Below are positions 1 to 7,767 of a stretch of DNA of 26,862 bases, piece by piece. Each line of letters opens with the position of its first letter. Positions within the stretch are counted from its first letter, which is position 1. Both the position numbers and the translations under genes were made by a program. Source of the stretch: a virus. Taxonomy: Duplodnaviria; Caudoviricetes. The stretch is from positions 1 through 26,862 of IMG/VR virus record IMGVR_UViG_3300004369_000863; one strand, given 5' to 3'. The notes beneath the pieces were generated by a model, which did not search any database, was not told the origin of the DNA, and saw nothing but the letters and a program-made list of their open reading frames with translations.

Positions 1-15
1 GGGGGGGGAAGTGCC

Positions 16-43
16 GGCCCCGTTGTTTTATAACAACGGGGCT
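16..43. repeat. 28-bp inverted-repeat element, copy P1
   Basis: gGCCCCG-ttgttttataacaa-CGGGGCt; perfect 11-bp stem. Its upstream core, if present, would lie before the window start. Confidence 0.9.
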
Positions 44-111
44 CAAGTCTTCCGGGAATTATTTTATTTGCCCACTGGGATGGCCAGAGAAAAAGAAAAA
101 ACCTAGATACC

Positions 112-144
112 AAAAAGCCCCCCTGGGAAACCAGAAGGGCTTTT
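112..144 (-). terminator. Intrinsic terminator of leftward cassette L1
   Basis: aaaagccc-cc-ctgg-gaaa-ccag-aa-gggctttt. It pairs fully (with G.U) on the minus strand, is followed by a U-tract and lies 20 nt after the stop of 165..620. Confidence 0.8.
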
Positions 145-164
145 CGGGTTTAGCGGGAGTTGTC

Positions 165-620
165 TTAGGGTTGTGCTTCCATAATCAAGTCGTATAGTGC
201 CGTAGCAAGACCACCAATGGCTCGACCGCTGTCGGTAATTACTTCATCAGGGCTATCTGAGAACCGCAAACAACTCGCCATCCCTTCTTTATTAACCATA
301 ATGAACAGACGAACTCGCCTGCGTTCCGGGTGTTCGCTTGGTGGAAGGTCATCGTGTTCGCTTGGTGGTTCAGAATTTTGAGGACTTGCCCAGCCGCAGG
401 TTGCTACGACAATGTAGTCGCTCGCTTTTGCTACTCGGAGTGTATGACGGCTGTCAATCAGGGTATAGATGTCTGCGTGTTCCCCTACGAATGTCAGCAT
501 AAAGACATCATTCTCGTCTGCCATAATGGAATAAAGTTTTGCTTTTTCAAAATCAAATCCCATTTTTTTATCGAGAAGACCTTCAACATATTCTGCTCGT
601 TCCATTAACGTTAATTCCAT
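165..620 (-). CDS. Hypothetical phage protein (151 aa), last gene of cassette L1
   Basis: ATG with AAGGAAG SD; natural composition; duplicated PPSEH motif; followed by a terminator. Confidence 0.85.
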   Translation of the reverse strand: MELTLMERAEYVEGLLDKKMGFDFEKAKLYSIMADENDVFMLTFVGEHADIYTLIDSRHTLRVAKASDYIVVATCGWASPQNSEPPSEHDDLPPSEHPERRRVRLFIMVNKEGMASCLRFSDSPDEVITDSGRAIGGLATALYDLIMEAQP

Positions 621-651
621 TGTTGGCTTCCTTTGTCTGGTTGATAAATTT

Positions 652-1116
652 TCACCACGACGCTCGATAGTAAAACTCCCAGCAGTCGGGCATCGCTAAA
701 CAGTTGTCAATAATTGCAACCGTATTTCTAAGATCAACTTCATACCATTCGTCGTAACCTTGCTCGCCGAAAAAACAACCTTCAATACGGGGTAATTTTT
801 TAATTGCTACTGTCGGGTCTTCGAGAACTGCCTGACACTCTTTTTGGAGTTGCTGCAGGTCTTCTCTGCCGATGTAATACTCGTGGCAATTATCAATCCC
901 CCCTTGATTGTTATTGACGAACCAGTTGTGGATTTGATTTGCTTTACGCCAACAGCCGACAGTCGCAACAATTTCAACGCTGGGGCTTCCGTCGGAAATA
1001 AATTCACCAACATTGGCAAGTTTGACAATTTTGGCGAATTCGTCTTTGTCTTCATCCGACACATGGTCGTAGTTTGAAACATACTTCTTTGCGTGCATAT
1101 ACATATCCAGACCCAT
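652..1116 (-). CDS. Conserved hypothetical phage protein (MGLDMY...WRKANQIHNWF type), 154 aa
   Basis: Start revised from 1242 to ATG 1116, preceded by AAGGAGG-cctt. The motifs resemble a widespread uncharacterised phage family. Confidence 0.85.
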   Translation of the reverse strand: MGLDMYMHAKKYVSNYDHVSDEDKDEFAKIVKLANVGEFISDGSPSVEIVATVGCWRKANQIHNWFVNNNQGGIDNCHEYYIGREDLQQLQKECQAVLEDPTVAIKKLPRIEGCFFGEQGYDEWYEVDLRNTVAIIDNCLAMPDCWEFYYRASW

Positions 1117-1126
1117 AAGGCCTCCT

Positions 1127-1654
1127 TTATTTGGTTGTTGATTTATTTGTGAAGTTTTCGAGCAAGACTTTAAGTTGATCTTGATTAGCGAGCGTGGACA
1201 ACGCACCCACAAGAGCTTCAACGGCATTATCGCCAAAAGCAAGTCGAGCGGCAGTTGAAAGATTGTTCAGGATTTCTGCTTCGTCATCATCATCATCTTC
1301 GTCATCCCTATCTTCCCTTTCGACCCAGCCCGCTTCTTGTGAGATTAGAGAAACAAAACCACTGTTCGGATCGGCCTCGTTGAACCAAACGGCCTGAATG
1401 AACCTAAGGGCACAAGAGTTTTTGTACCAAGTATCGACGACATCGTCTAAATAGGTGTCGCCATCGTTTTCAATAAAAATCGGGTATTCATCCCGAAAAA
1501 ACTTTGCCTTAGGCTCATCCATCGCTAAATAGATTTTGTGGCAACCGTCAAACGCAATCAAGACGCAGTCATCAATATAGTCCGATACCGCAACCCAACC
1601 AGCATCAAGGTTGTCGGCGTCGTGTGGCGCGTAGTCAGTTTGTGTTTTGGTCAT
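1127..1654 (-). CDS. Hypothetical protein, AFDGCHKIY family (paralog of 4577..4891) with acidic linker and C-terminal extension
   Basis: ATGA overlap with the upstream gene; LIAFDGCHKIYLAMDE is identical to the paralog. Confidence 0.85.
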   Translation of the reverse strand: MTKTQTDYAPHDADNLDAGWVAVSDYIDDCVLIAFDGCHKIYLAMDEPKAKFFRDEYPIFIENDGDTYLDDVVDTWYKNSCALRFIQAVWFNEADPNSGFVSLISQEAGWVEREDRDDEDDDDDEAEILNNLSTAARLAFGDNAVEALVGALSTLANQDQLKVLLENFTNKSTTK

Positions 1655-1989
1655 TGTGATACCCCTTCTTCAGTGAAAATGTTTTTTTCTACCAACTCAT
1701 TCCAGGCCACAACCCAACCAGCACTATCTACGCCGAACATAACGGCCTTCCCGTCGTCATCTTCTCGCTCGAGAGTGTGGACGAGTAATGCCATTCGCGC
1801 AAGTGCGTCGCTAAGAACCTCAAATTTTTCTTCCCATACATTCGCTACATAGTCGCCCCAGATTAAAATGAACTCGTTGAAGTAATCGCTATCGGGATCG
1901 GTTTCGATGATGTAGATTTCTGATCTTCCGGCCTGTAATTCAAACAATAAATTACTGTTGCTGTATTTTTCCTTGATTGCTGTTTTCAT
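1651..1989 (-). CDS. Hypothetical acidic protein (112 aa)
   Basis: TAATG overlap with the upstream gene; AAGGAGA SD. Confidence 0.8.
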   Translation of the reverse strand: MKTAIKEKYSNSNLLFELQAGRSEIYIIETDPDSDYFNEFILIWGDYVANVWEEKFEVLSDALARMALLVHTLEREDDDGKAVMFGVDSAGWVVAWNELVEKNIFTEEGVSQ

Positions 1990-2237
1990 TAGTTGTCTCC
2001 TTTTTCGTTTTGTTTTACAAAATCTCGAATATCATCATTGATCTCGTCGTCTTCCAACAGAAAGACATCTTCCATTGGATCAAGAGCGTCTGCGCCCTCG
2101 CCAGTCTCGACGGTGTTGAAGTCTTCAAGATCTTCAAATTTTTCCAGGGCTTCATCAAGGCTGTCTGCTTCCACAAAGGTTCGTTCGGTTGTCCACATAG
2201 TCAATGGGGTCGAAACGGTTCGGGTATAAATAGCCAT
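1989..2237 (-). CDS. Very acidic small protein (82 aa), first gene of cassette L1
   Basis: AAAAGGAGA SD; promoter just upstream; strongly D/E-rich. Confidence 0.8.
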   Translation of the reverse strand: MAIYTRTVSTPLTMWTTERTFVEADSLDEALEKFEDLEDFNTVETGEGADALDPMEDVFLLEDDEINDDIRDFVKQNEKGDN

Positions 2238-2266
2238 AATTCTCCTTTTGAGTTTGTGTGCCCTAT

Positions 2267-2295
2267 ACGGTAGTGGCTATAAGGAACAGCAACAA
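2267..2295 (-). promoter_or_regulatory. sigmaA-like promoter of cassette L1
   Basis: TTGTTG-17 bp-TACCGT on the minus strand; AT-rich upstream; A/C-rich leader to the SD. Confidence 0.6.
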
Positions 2296-2389
2296 CTTTA
2301 TTTATTGAAATAATTAATTCTTTGGCACGGGTTGAAGCTACTGCCGAGAATAAAATTATTTTTTTCTCAGGCCCAGTCGAGACCCTCCG

Positions 2390-2418
2390 TCTTCCGCCAC
2401 CGTCGGCTTGTAGTAAAA
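2390..2418 (+). repeat. 29-bp conserved core, copy A
   Basis: tcttccgccaccgtcggcttgtagtaaaa. Confidence 0.9.
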
Positions 2419-2433
2419 GCAGGTCGATGCGCC

Positions 2434-2461
2434 GGCCCCGCCGTTTTTAGGCGGCGGGGCT
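2434..2461. repeat. 28-bp inverted-repeat element, copy P2
   Basis: gGCCCCG-ccgtttttaggcgg-CGGGGCt. Confidence 0.9.
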
Positions 2462-2526
2462 AACAGGCACGGCGGGGAATTATTTTTTTATTTCTGGCCC
2501 CACGGCCGTGTCTTCCCGCAAAACGC

Positions 2527-2561
2527 AAAAAACCCGCCTGCCAGGGGGCTGCAGGCGGGTT
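2527..2561 (-). terminator. Intrinsic terminator of cassette L2
   Basis: aacccgcctgc...gcaggcgggtt stem with a U-tract on the minus strand, just after the stop at 2584. Confidence 0.8.
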
Positions 2562-2583
2562 GATGTTTGGAACAACTATGAAA

Positions 2584-2811
2584 CTACCACTGACGCCAAC
2601 TGCGACCCCAGCGCGGAGAAGTACGGCGCAAATAGCGACAGAATTGCGGCATGCGATTTTCGATCAACTCGGGCAACACAATATGCACGAATACATCTAG
2701 ACACCGTACGCATCGGCAGGGCGAACCAAACCAGAACCTACTCTCCGGCGTCAGTTCGACATGCCGAAGTCGATTCAATGTCTCTCCAAGGGTGTATCTT
2801 CGCTCAAGCAT
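2584..2811 (-). CDS. Hypothetical protein, TSPRWGRSW family (paralog of 7767..8078)
   Basis: Shares GSPC, PELIE and YLRxTSPRWGRSWRxW with 7767..8078. Confidence 0.8.
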   Translation of the reverse strand: MLERRYTLGETLNRLRHVELTPESRFWFGSPCRCVRCLDVFVHIVLPELIENRMPQFCRYLRRTSPRWGRSWRQW

Positions 2812-2825
2812 TAATCACGAACCCA

Positions 2826-3095
2826 TCAAACGTGCTTCACCAAGTTCTTGATGATTTCATTTGTCCTGTGTTTTGCCAGTTGGAAATCAATTTCGGTTGT
2901 GATCATGTCGCCCAAGCTTCCCATTTCGACGGCATCTGAGCAAGCATCAAAAGCGATTTCAAGCTCGGCGGCTGTTTTAATGTTCGCTCGAGTCTTGAAC
3001 CAATCCGCATCCCAGTATGCAACGACCAGTTCGTCGTCCGGGTCATACATTGCTTCCAAATCTTTGATGAGTTGTTTAACTGTTGTCATGGCCAT
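2826..3095 (-). CDS. Hypothetical protein (~89 aa)
   Basis: ATG 3095 overlaps the upstream TAA (TAATG); operon context. Confidence 0.8.
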   Translation of the reverse strand: MAMTTVKQLIKDLEAMYDPDDELVVAYWDADWFKTRANIKTAAELEIAFDACSDAVEMGSLGDMITTEIDFQLAKHRTNEIIKNLVKHV

Positions 3096-3295
3096 TAGCA
3101 ATCTTCGCCGGTGTCATCAACCGTAATTTCATTTGAGACTTCATCGACGCTCCAGCCGTAATGATCATCCATAAGGTTGATCGCCAGTCTTTGCGCTTCG
3201 TCGTCGCTTGATGCTTCAACAGTCATCGAGAGACAGAAATAATCTCCGACAAATTGAACCGTTCTATACGTTTTAGGTTTGGTTTTTGTTTTCAT
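3095..3295 (-). CDS. Small hypothetical protein (66 aa)
   Basis: AAAAGGAGA SD. The TVEASSDDEA motif resembles VEADSLDEA in 1989..2237. Confidence 0.75.
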   Translation of the reverse strand: MKTKTKPKTYRTVQFVGDYFCLSMTVEASSDDEAQRLAINLMDDHYGWSVDEVSNEITVDDTGEDC

Positions 3296-3357
3296 TTGTT
3301 CTCCTTTTTGTTTTGATTAAATTAGTGATAGCAGGCCGATGATGACAATTAAAACGA

Positions 3358-3663
3358 TCAGATTGAACATCGGGTCGGCTCGAGATCTGCAAGGCGTTGT
3401 GCTTCTTTTTTCGCGGCATAGAGCGTGTCCCAGCCACAAAACGCGCCCATTGTGTTGATATCGCCATCGACTGCACTTCGGACCGTATAATACCTGGGGC
3501 GGTCGCTGTAGGTGTCTCTTTCGCTCGTGATGAAATACTTGCCACCGTAGATCGTTGGCAAAATTCGGCTACTAAAAAACCGCATCGTACTAGCGGAAAA
3601 AAAATGCGATCCCCGAGCTTCCGCGTCTCGAATGATTTGGCTAATTTGTGTATAGTTCGTCAT
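3358..3663 (-). CDS. Conserved hypothetical phage protein (HFFS..TMRFF.SR...YFITSE type), 101 aa
   Basis: Start revised to ATG 3663 just after the upstream stop; recognisable uncharacterised phage motif. Confidence 0.8.
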   Translation of the reverse strand: MTNYTQISQIIRDAEARGSHFFSASTMRFFSSRILPTIYGGKYFITSERDTYSDRPRYYTVRSAVDGDINTMGAFCGWDTLYAAKKEAQRLADLEPTRCSI

Positions 3664-3664
3664 T

Positions 3665-3934
3665 TTAGCGACCCCCCTTTTTGAGTACATCTACCAATTC
3701 GTCGATAATGATCGTGGGCGTTGCACCTTCGGAATATCCGACCGGGAACAAAGACAAGATAAGTTGAGTTAAAGCGAAACCCACTTCTTTGCGGGTGCTT
3801 TCAACTTCTTTGATCCATTCATCATCAAATCGACCATGATTAAGATCGTCAATAATCCCGCCGACAATTTCGGCTGCTGTCCACCCTGGGCCGAAATAGT
3901 TATCGGCAAGAATTTCAGTCAATGAAACTTGCAT
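3665..3934 (-). CDS. Hypothetical protein (89 aa), first gene of cassette L2
   Basis: AAAGGAGA SD; promoter upstream. Confidence 0.8.
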   Translation of the reverse strand: MQVSLTEILADNYFGPGWTAAEIVGGIIDDLNHGRFDDEWIKEVESTRKEVGFALTQLILSLFPVGYSEGATPTIIIDELVDVLKKGGR

Positions 3935-3965
3935 TTTTTCTCCTTTGTTGGTTGTTGTGCTCTAC

Positions 3966-3994
3966 AGACTATAAGACATACAGGATTAAAGCAA
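3966..3994 (-). promoter_or_regulatory. sigmaA-like promoter of cassette L2
   Basis: TTGCTT-17 bp-TAGTCT on the minus strand. Confidence 0.7.
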
Positions 3995-4095
3995 GTATTT
4001 AAGCCGGATTTATTTATTTTCTTTGATCGGCCGGCCAGCCCCGGGAAGCTCTCCCGCATTTATTTTTTTTAATCCCAGCAGGGGCCCGGGAAAGC

Positions 4096-4124
4096 TCTTC
4101 AGCCACCGTCGGCTTGTAGTCGAA
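4096..4124 (+). repeat. 29-bp conserved core, copy B (followed by half site agccccg at 4147)
   Basis: tcttcagccaccgtcggcttgtagtcgaa. Confidence 0.9.
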
Positions 4125-4330
4125 ACAGGGTGTTTAACTGCTTGCGAGCCCCGCCACCTGCACCGCCTATACCGCCTGCACCGCCACCCCCGCCAGAAAT
4201 GCCGGCTGGGCCTGGAGAAGAAAAAAAAAATATATTTGCGATCATCCTTATTCCATAAGGGTTTGGTCAAAAAGAAGAATTTTTTTTAAAAAATCCCACG
4301 CAGCTTGGCCTGGATCAAAAAATAAAAAAA

Positions 4331-4359
4331 TCATCAACCACCGTCATCTTGTAGTGGAA
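4331..4359 (+). repeat. 29-bp conserved core, copy C
   Basis: tcatcaaccaccgtcatcttgtagtggaa. Confidence 0.9.
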
Positions 4360-4375
4360 CTGCGACCCAAAACCC

Positions 4376-4403
4376 AGCCCCGTTGTTTTATGACAACGGG
4401 GCT
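4376..4403. repeat. 28-bp inverted-repeat element, copy P3
   Basis: aGCCCCG-ttgttttatgacaa-CGGGGCt. Confidence 0.9.
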
Positions 4404-4523
4404 CACAGATGCCCGAGGTATTTTTCGTCGCGACGGGAGTCCTGGCTCGAGAAAAAATAATTGACACGAAGGGGTCGAGCGATTCTTTCCGCCTTGGGGC
4501 GAAAAAAAATAAATAAAAATGAC

Positions 4524-4552
4524 TTGCTATTAGTCTACGAATTAACTATATT
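4524..4552 (+). promoter_or_regulatory. sigmaA-like promoter of cassette R1
   Basis: TTGCTA-17 bp-TATATT with an upstream A-tract (UP-like). Confidence 0.75.
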
Positions 4553-4576
4553 TATGACTAACCACTACAAAGGAGA

Positions 4577-4891
4577 ATGACAATGGCAAAAACAAAACGA
4601 AAAACAAAAGATCAAAGATGGTCAGATGTTGAAGACGCAATTTACGACGCACACCTGATTGCGTTCGACGGTTGCCACAAAATTTATCTTGCGATGGATG
4701 AAAAGCAGGCGCAAGAATTTAAGTCTCTCAACTACGAGATCTTGACTGCCGCAGAATTGGCGCCGGAAGAAATGATGGAACAAGTTATCAAATGGTATAA
4801 AGCATCTTGTTTCCTGAAATTTATTTCTTCCGTCTCGACTACTGCCGATGGTGAAAACGAATTTAATTCACTTATCCCGCAAGGAGTATAG
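4577..4891 (+). CDS. Hypothetical protein, AFDGCHKIY family (paralog of 1127..1654)
   Basis: AAAGGAGA SD (the second ATG at 4583 is better spaced); motifs shared with the paralog. Confidence 0.85.
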   Translation: MTMAKTKRKTKDQRWSDVEDAIYDAHLIAFDGCHKIYLAMDEKQAQEFKSLNYEILTAAELAPEEMMEQVIKWYKASCFLKFISSVSTTADGENEFNSLIPQGV

Positions 4892-4895
4892 AAAT

Positions 4896-5111
4896 ATGAA
4901 CAAAACTTCCAAATATCAAATTGTCATTGTTTTCGAGACTGATCGAAAATTGACCGACGCAGAATTCGGGCATCTTGCAGATGCGTGTCTTGCACAGGTT
5001 GAAGATCCAGCCGATCACACCGGAAAAAATAAACGGGCCAGGTTTTCAACGCTTAATTATGTCGTTTCTCAGGAAGTAATTAAGGTTGCGAATTGGATCA
5101 AAACTCGATGA
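4896..5111 (+). CDS. Hypothetical protein (71 aa)
   Basis: Start revised to ATG 4896 after AAGGAG; its stop overlaps the next start. Confidence 0.75.
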   Translation: MNKTSKYQIVIVFETDRKLTDAEFGHLADACLAQVEDPADHTGKNKRARFSTLNYVVSQEVIKVANWIKTR

Positions 5112-5341
5112 CACCTATTGGAGCGTCTTGCGCAATTCGGTATCACGATAGCGAAGATTACTTCTACGCTTATATTTCGTTCGGGACATGGGAAGATGAC
5201 GCTCAACGCGACTCATTCAATGTGCTTGACAGTAATATATTTTTTTACTGCCAGGACTTGGATGAGCTCGAGTCATTGACCAAAGCAGACAACGGCGGAG
5301 ACTTCATCGTGAAGGCTTACGCTCTCGAGTATCAAAGTTAG
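5108..5341 (+). CDS. Hypothetical acidic protein (77 aa)
   Basis: ATGA overlap at 5108; followed by a terminator. Confidence 0.75.
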   Translation: MTPIGASCAIRYHDSEDYFYAYISFGTWEDDAQRDSFNVLDSNIFFYCQDLDELESLTKADNGGDFIVKAYALEYQS

Positions 5342-5374
5342 TTCGGTATCTCAAGCACCTAACCCGCCCTAATC

Positions 5375-5418
5375 GCCCCTTATCGTCATGACGGATGACG
5401 GTAAGGGGTTATTTTTTT
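5375..5418 (+). terminator. Intrinsic terminator of cassette R1
   Basis: gccccttatcgtcat-gacgg-atgacggtaaggggt followed by tattttttt. Confidence 0.85.
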
Positions 5419-5439
5419 ATCCCAAGCGCAACGCCGTCG

Positions 5440-5468
5440 TCATCCGCCGCCGTCATCTTGTAGTCGAA
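5440..5468 (+). repeat. 29-bp conserved core, copy D
   Basis: tcatccgccgccgtcatcttgtagtcgaa. Confidence 0.9.
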
Positions 5469-5474
5469 CCGGCG

Positions 5475-5502
5475 AGTCCCGTCCCACGCCGAAGGCGGGG
5501 CT
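5475..5502. repeat. 28-bp inverted-repeat element, copy P4
   Basis: aGTCCCG-tcccacgccgaagg-CGGGGCt. Confidence 0.9.
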
Positions 5503-5594
5503 CGCAAGCACGGGAGGTGCCCGCTGGGGAAAAATAATTTTTATTCTGGCGGCCAGAGTCGCCGCGCAAAAAAATATTCTCGGATTGTGAATTG

Positions 5595-5623
5595 TCGCAT
5601 ACCTATTTTTATTAGCCTAGAAT
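5595..5623 (+). promoter_or_regulatory. Probable promoter of cassette R2
   Basis: Good -10 TAGAAT (5618-5623); weak -35 TCGCAT at 17 bp. Confidence 0.5.
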
Positions 5624-5658
5624 GATGACTACCTAAACAACCAAAATAAGGAGGCGTT

Positions 5659-6060
5659 ATTTTTACTAAAACTCGAGAATGGGAAAATTCAATCTCGAAT
5701 TCTTGTTCGTGTCAGGACTTCAACGAAGACACTCAAGAATTCAGCCCGTCAGTCAATTGCTACGGCGATTGCTGGCAAGAAACAATTTGGCAATTTGCCG
5801 AAGAAACAAAGTCATTGTTGGATATCTCAGAATCCTGGGTGATTTCCGGCCTGCCATTGTGGAATCGAGATGTAAACGGTACGGCGAAAATTAATAACGC
5901 CGAAGAATTGTTGCGAGCATTGACTGTTCAGGGCGAGTGGAATTTGCGATTTAATATCCATCCGACTCGAATTGTTTGTCATTTGTCGCACCACGATGTA
6001 CCTACGGGTAGGACATTTTTTGCCTACCCCGTGTTGCTGGATGAAGGGGATGACGACTGA
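5659..6060 (+). CDS. Hypothetical protein (133 aa) with N-terminal Cys cluster; probable ATT start
   Basis: The frame of 5815..6060 is open back to 5650. AAGGAGG-cgtt-ATT lies at 5659, and the extension encodes CSC...CYGDCW. Confidence 0.7.
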   Translation: MFTKTREWENSISNSCSCQDFNEDTQEFSPSVNCYGDCWQETIWQFAEETKSLLDISESWVISGLPLWNRDVNGTAKINNAEELLRALTVQGEWNLRFNIHPTRIVCHLSHHDVPTGRTFFAYPVLLDEGDDD

Positions 6061-6245
6061 TGACACTTGACGAATTGCGACCCGCCGTTCAGCGGATGCT
6101 TGACGAGGCTCAGAAGGAATACGAGGCAATCTCGATGCAAGAGGTTAAAGAGGACTTCTCAAACTTTGACACAACTCAGCAGCGTTCCTACGAAGAAGGA
6201 TTCCTTGCTGGATTGAGTCAAGTAATGCGGGAGTTGTTGAAATAA
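6060..6245 (+). CDS. Small helical hypothetical protein (61 aa)
   Basis: TGATG overlap with the upstream gene; followed by a terminator. Confidence 0.8.
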   Translation: MTLDELRPAVQRMLDEAQKEYEAISMQEVKEDFSNFDTTQQRSYEEGFLAGLSQVMRELLK

Positions 6246-6260
6246 TCCTTCTGTTCTTTT

Positions 6261-6304
6261 GGCGGGTCGCTCGGTCAGAAATGGCTTAGCGACCCGCCTT
6301 TTTT
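6261..6304 (+). terminator. Intrinsic terminator of cassette R2
   Basis: ggcgggtcgct...agcgacccgcc followed by tttttt. Confidence 0.85.
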
Positions 6305-6354
6305 ATTTGAGGGAGCCCCAGTTCTCCCGGGGTGGAGAAGAAAAAATAAAAAAC

Positions 6355-6383
6355 TCATCCGCCACCGTCGGCTTGTAGTCGAA
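6355..6383 (+). repeat. 29-bp conserved core, copy E
   Basis: tcatccgccaccgtcggcttgtagtcgaa. Confidence 0.9.
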
Positions 6384-6400
6384 GAGGTGCTTGGCTGGCG

Positions 6401-6428
6401 AGCCCCGTCCCACGCCGAAGGCGGGGCT
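6401..6428. repeat. 28-bp inverted-repeat element, copy P5
   Basis: aGCCCCG-tcccacgccgaagg-CGGGGCt; one mismatch to P4. Confidence 0.9.
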
Positions 6429-6681
6429 CGCATCTTTTCTGGGCACCAGACGGCAACAATAAAACAAATCAGCCGGATCGTCTCCAGGTGTCGATAAAAA
6501 AAACAATCAAAACGAGCAAGAGTGGTCGCAGAAAGGGCAAAAAGGCAAGGCTCCGCCCGTGTGAATTAACTTATTTTTTATCTTAGTCTTGGGGAATAAA
6601 AAAAAACAACTCGATGGAGCGCATTTATTTTATTTTTTTTTATTTACATTGGGGCAAAACGCGCAAACCCAAAAAGGTCGG

Positions 6682-6726
6682 GAAATCCTTTGCCCGTATA
6701 AAGTGTTTTTTTCTTTTCGGATGGGA
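6682..6726 (+). repeat. 45-bp third motif, copy 1
   Basis: gaaatcctttgcccgtat...ttcggatggga; aligns without gaps to 9930 and 10219. Confidence 0.75.
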
Positions 6727-6744
6727 CTGGCCGCCCAGAAAAGC

Positions 6745-6773
6745 TCTTCAGCCACCGTCGGCTTGTAGTCGAA
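6745..6773 (+). repeat. 29-bp conserved core, copy F (followed by half site at 6796)
   Basis: tcttcagccaccgtcggcttgtagtcgaa; identical to copy B. Confidence 0.9.
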
Positions 6774-6965
6774 AGGGGGTGTAAAAAAACATCTTAGCCC
6801 CGTTGAGTTTACTGATTTTTTAATTTTCGGCGGCAGCGCGCCAGGAAGAGAGTTTTCTTCGTTTTGTTGGGCGGGAAACCCATTGTTTGAAGGGGCAAAA
6901 CCTTTTTATTTTTTGGATCGGCCCTACCAGTTAGAAAATAAATCGCTTTCTTCGTTTTTGGCATC

Positions 6966-6993
6966 AGCCCCGTTGGTATATAGCATCGGGGCT
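6966..6993. repeat. 28-bp inverted-repeat element, copy P6 (no adjacent core)
   Basis: aGCCCCG-ttggtatatagcat-CGGGGCt. Confidence 0.85.
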
Positions 6994-7076
6994 TCAATGC
7001 ATTTAAGAGATTTTATTTCCAAACAGGGCCCACTGGGGAAATAAAAAAAATCCTCTGGAGTTGATTCTTTAAAAAG

Positions 7077-7106
7077 TTGCTTTTATTGTTTGCTGCTGTT
7101 TATAAT
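7077..7106 (+). promoter_or_regulatory. sigmaA-like promoter of cassette R3 (leaderless)
   Basis: TTGCTT-18 bp-TATAAT, with ATG 6 nt downstream. Confidence 0.75.
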
Positions 7107-7112
7107 CAACGT

Positions 7113-7478
7113 ATGACAACAACTAAACAACTTATGTTCATTGACAGCGTAAACAAAGATAGAGACTGTCGGTCTGCGGATGTACGGCAAATTTTGAGCC
7201 AAATTGGAGGCTCAACAGTCTTGGCTGTGGCGGGTGGCTTGCAGCGCATCTACTTCATCACGAATAAGGAAGGCGATTCCTGTGGCGTCATTCTTGATTG
7301 CGGCAATAGTCGTCTAGTCGAGGTCGTGCTGGACTGGAACGATACTTATTCCGTTCGTCGGTTGCGCCAATTCAACAAGGGCGCTAGAAGGGGCGAATTC
7401 ATCACGGAATTTGAAACTAGCGATGTTTACTGCACCGAACTCTCAAATGTCGTCTATGGTGCTGGGTGTTGGAAATGA
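7113..7478 (+). CDS. Conserved hypothetical protein (IL.QIGG...DTY.V...DVYC..L type), 121 aa
   Basis: Start revised to ATG 7113; motif pattern seen in uncharacterised phage/plasmid proteins. Confidence 0.8.
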   Translation: MTTTKQLMFIDSVNKDRDCRSADVRQILSQIGGSTVLAVAGGLQRIYFITNKEGDSCGVILDCGNSRLVEVVLDWNDTYSVRRLRQFNKGARRGEFITEFETSDVYCTELSNVVYGAGCWK

Positions 7479-7714
7479 CTACCACTACTCAATTCGCTTT
7501 AGCCACCAAATTGGTTGATCATTTCAATGAAGCATTAACTCTTTATCTAGATGCGGCGGGCCGGCTCGAGATCACCCCGATTGAAATTTTGGATGTTCTC
7601 GGAGTCTGCGGGCTCGAGTTGAATGTAGGGGAACGCGCCTCGGAGGAATTTGTAGAACAAATGCGCCAGGAGCGAACTGAGCACCCCACGGGTCGATTGA
7701 GATTGGTGAAATAA
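7475..7714 (+). CDS. Hypothetical protein (79 aa)
   Basis: ATGA overlap at 7475. Confidence 0.8.
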   Translation: MTTTTQFALATKLVDHFNEALTLYLDAAGRLEITPIEILDVLGVCGLELNVGERASEEFVEQMRQERTEHPTGRLRLVK

Positions 7715-7767
7715 TGACCGATTTAATCGTATTACTGTTTCTTATCGGTTTCGTTTCGATGCTGTGA
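7714..7767 (+). CDS. Putative 17-aa hydrophobic micropeptide MTDLIVLLFLIGFVSML
   Basis: TAATG overlap upstream and TGATG overlap downstream; exactly fills the gap between two genes. Confidence 0.55.
   Translation: MTDLIVLLFLIGFVSML

Noticed and set aside
5679-5894. ORF 5679..5894 as the first gene of cassette R2
   Set aside because: Its ATG is too far from the AAGGAGG, and it overlaps the better ATT-initiated frame that couples to the next gene.
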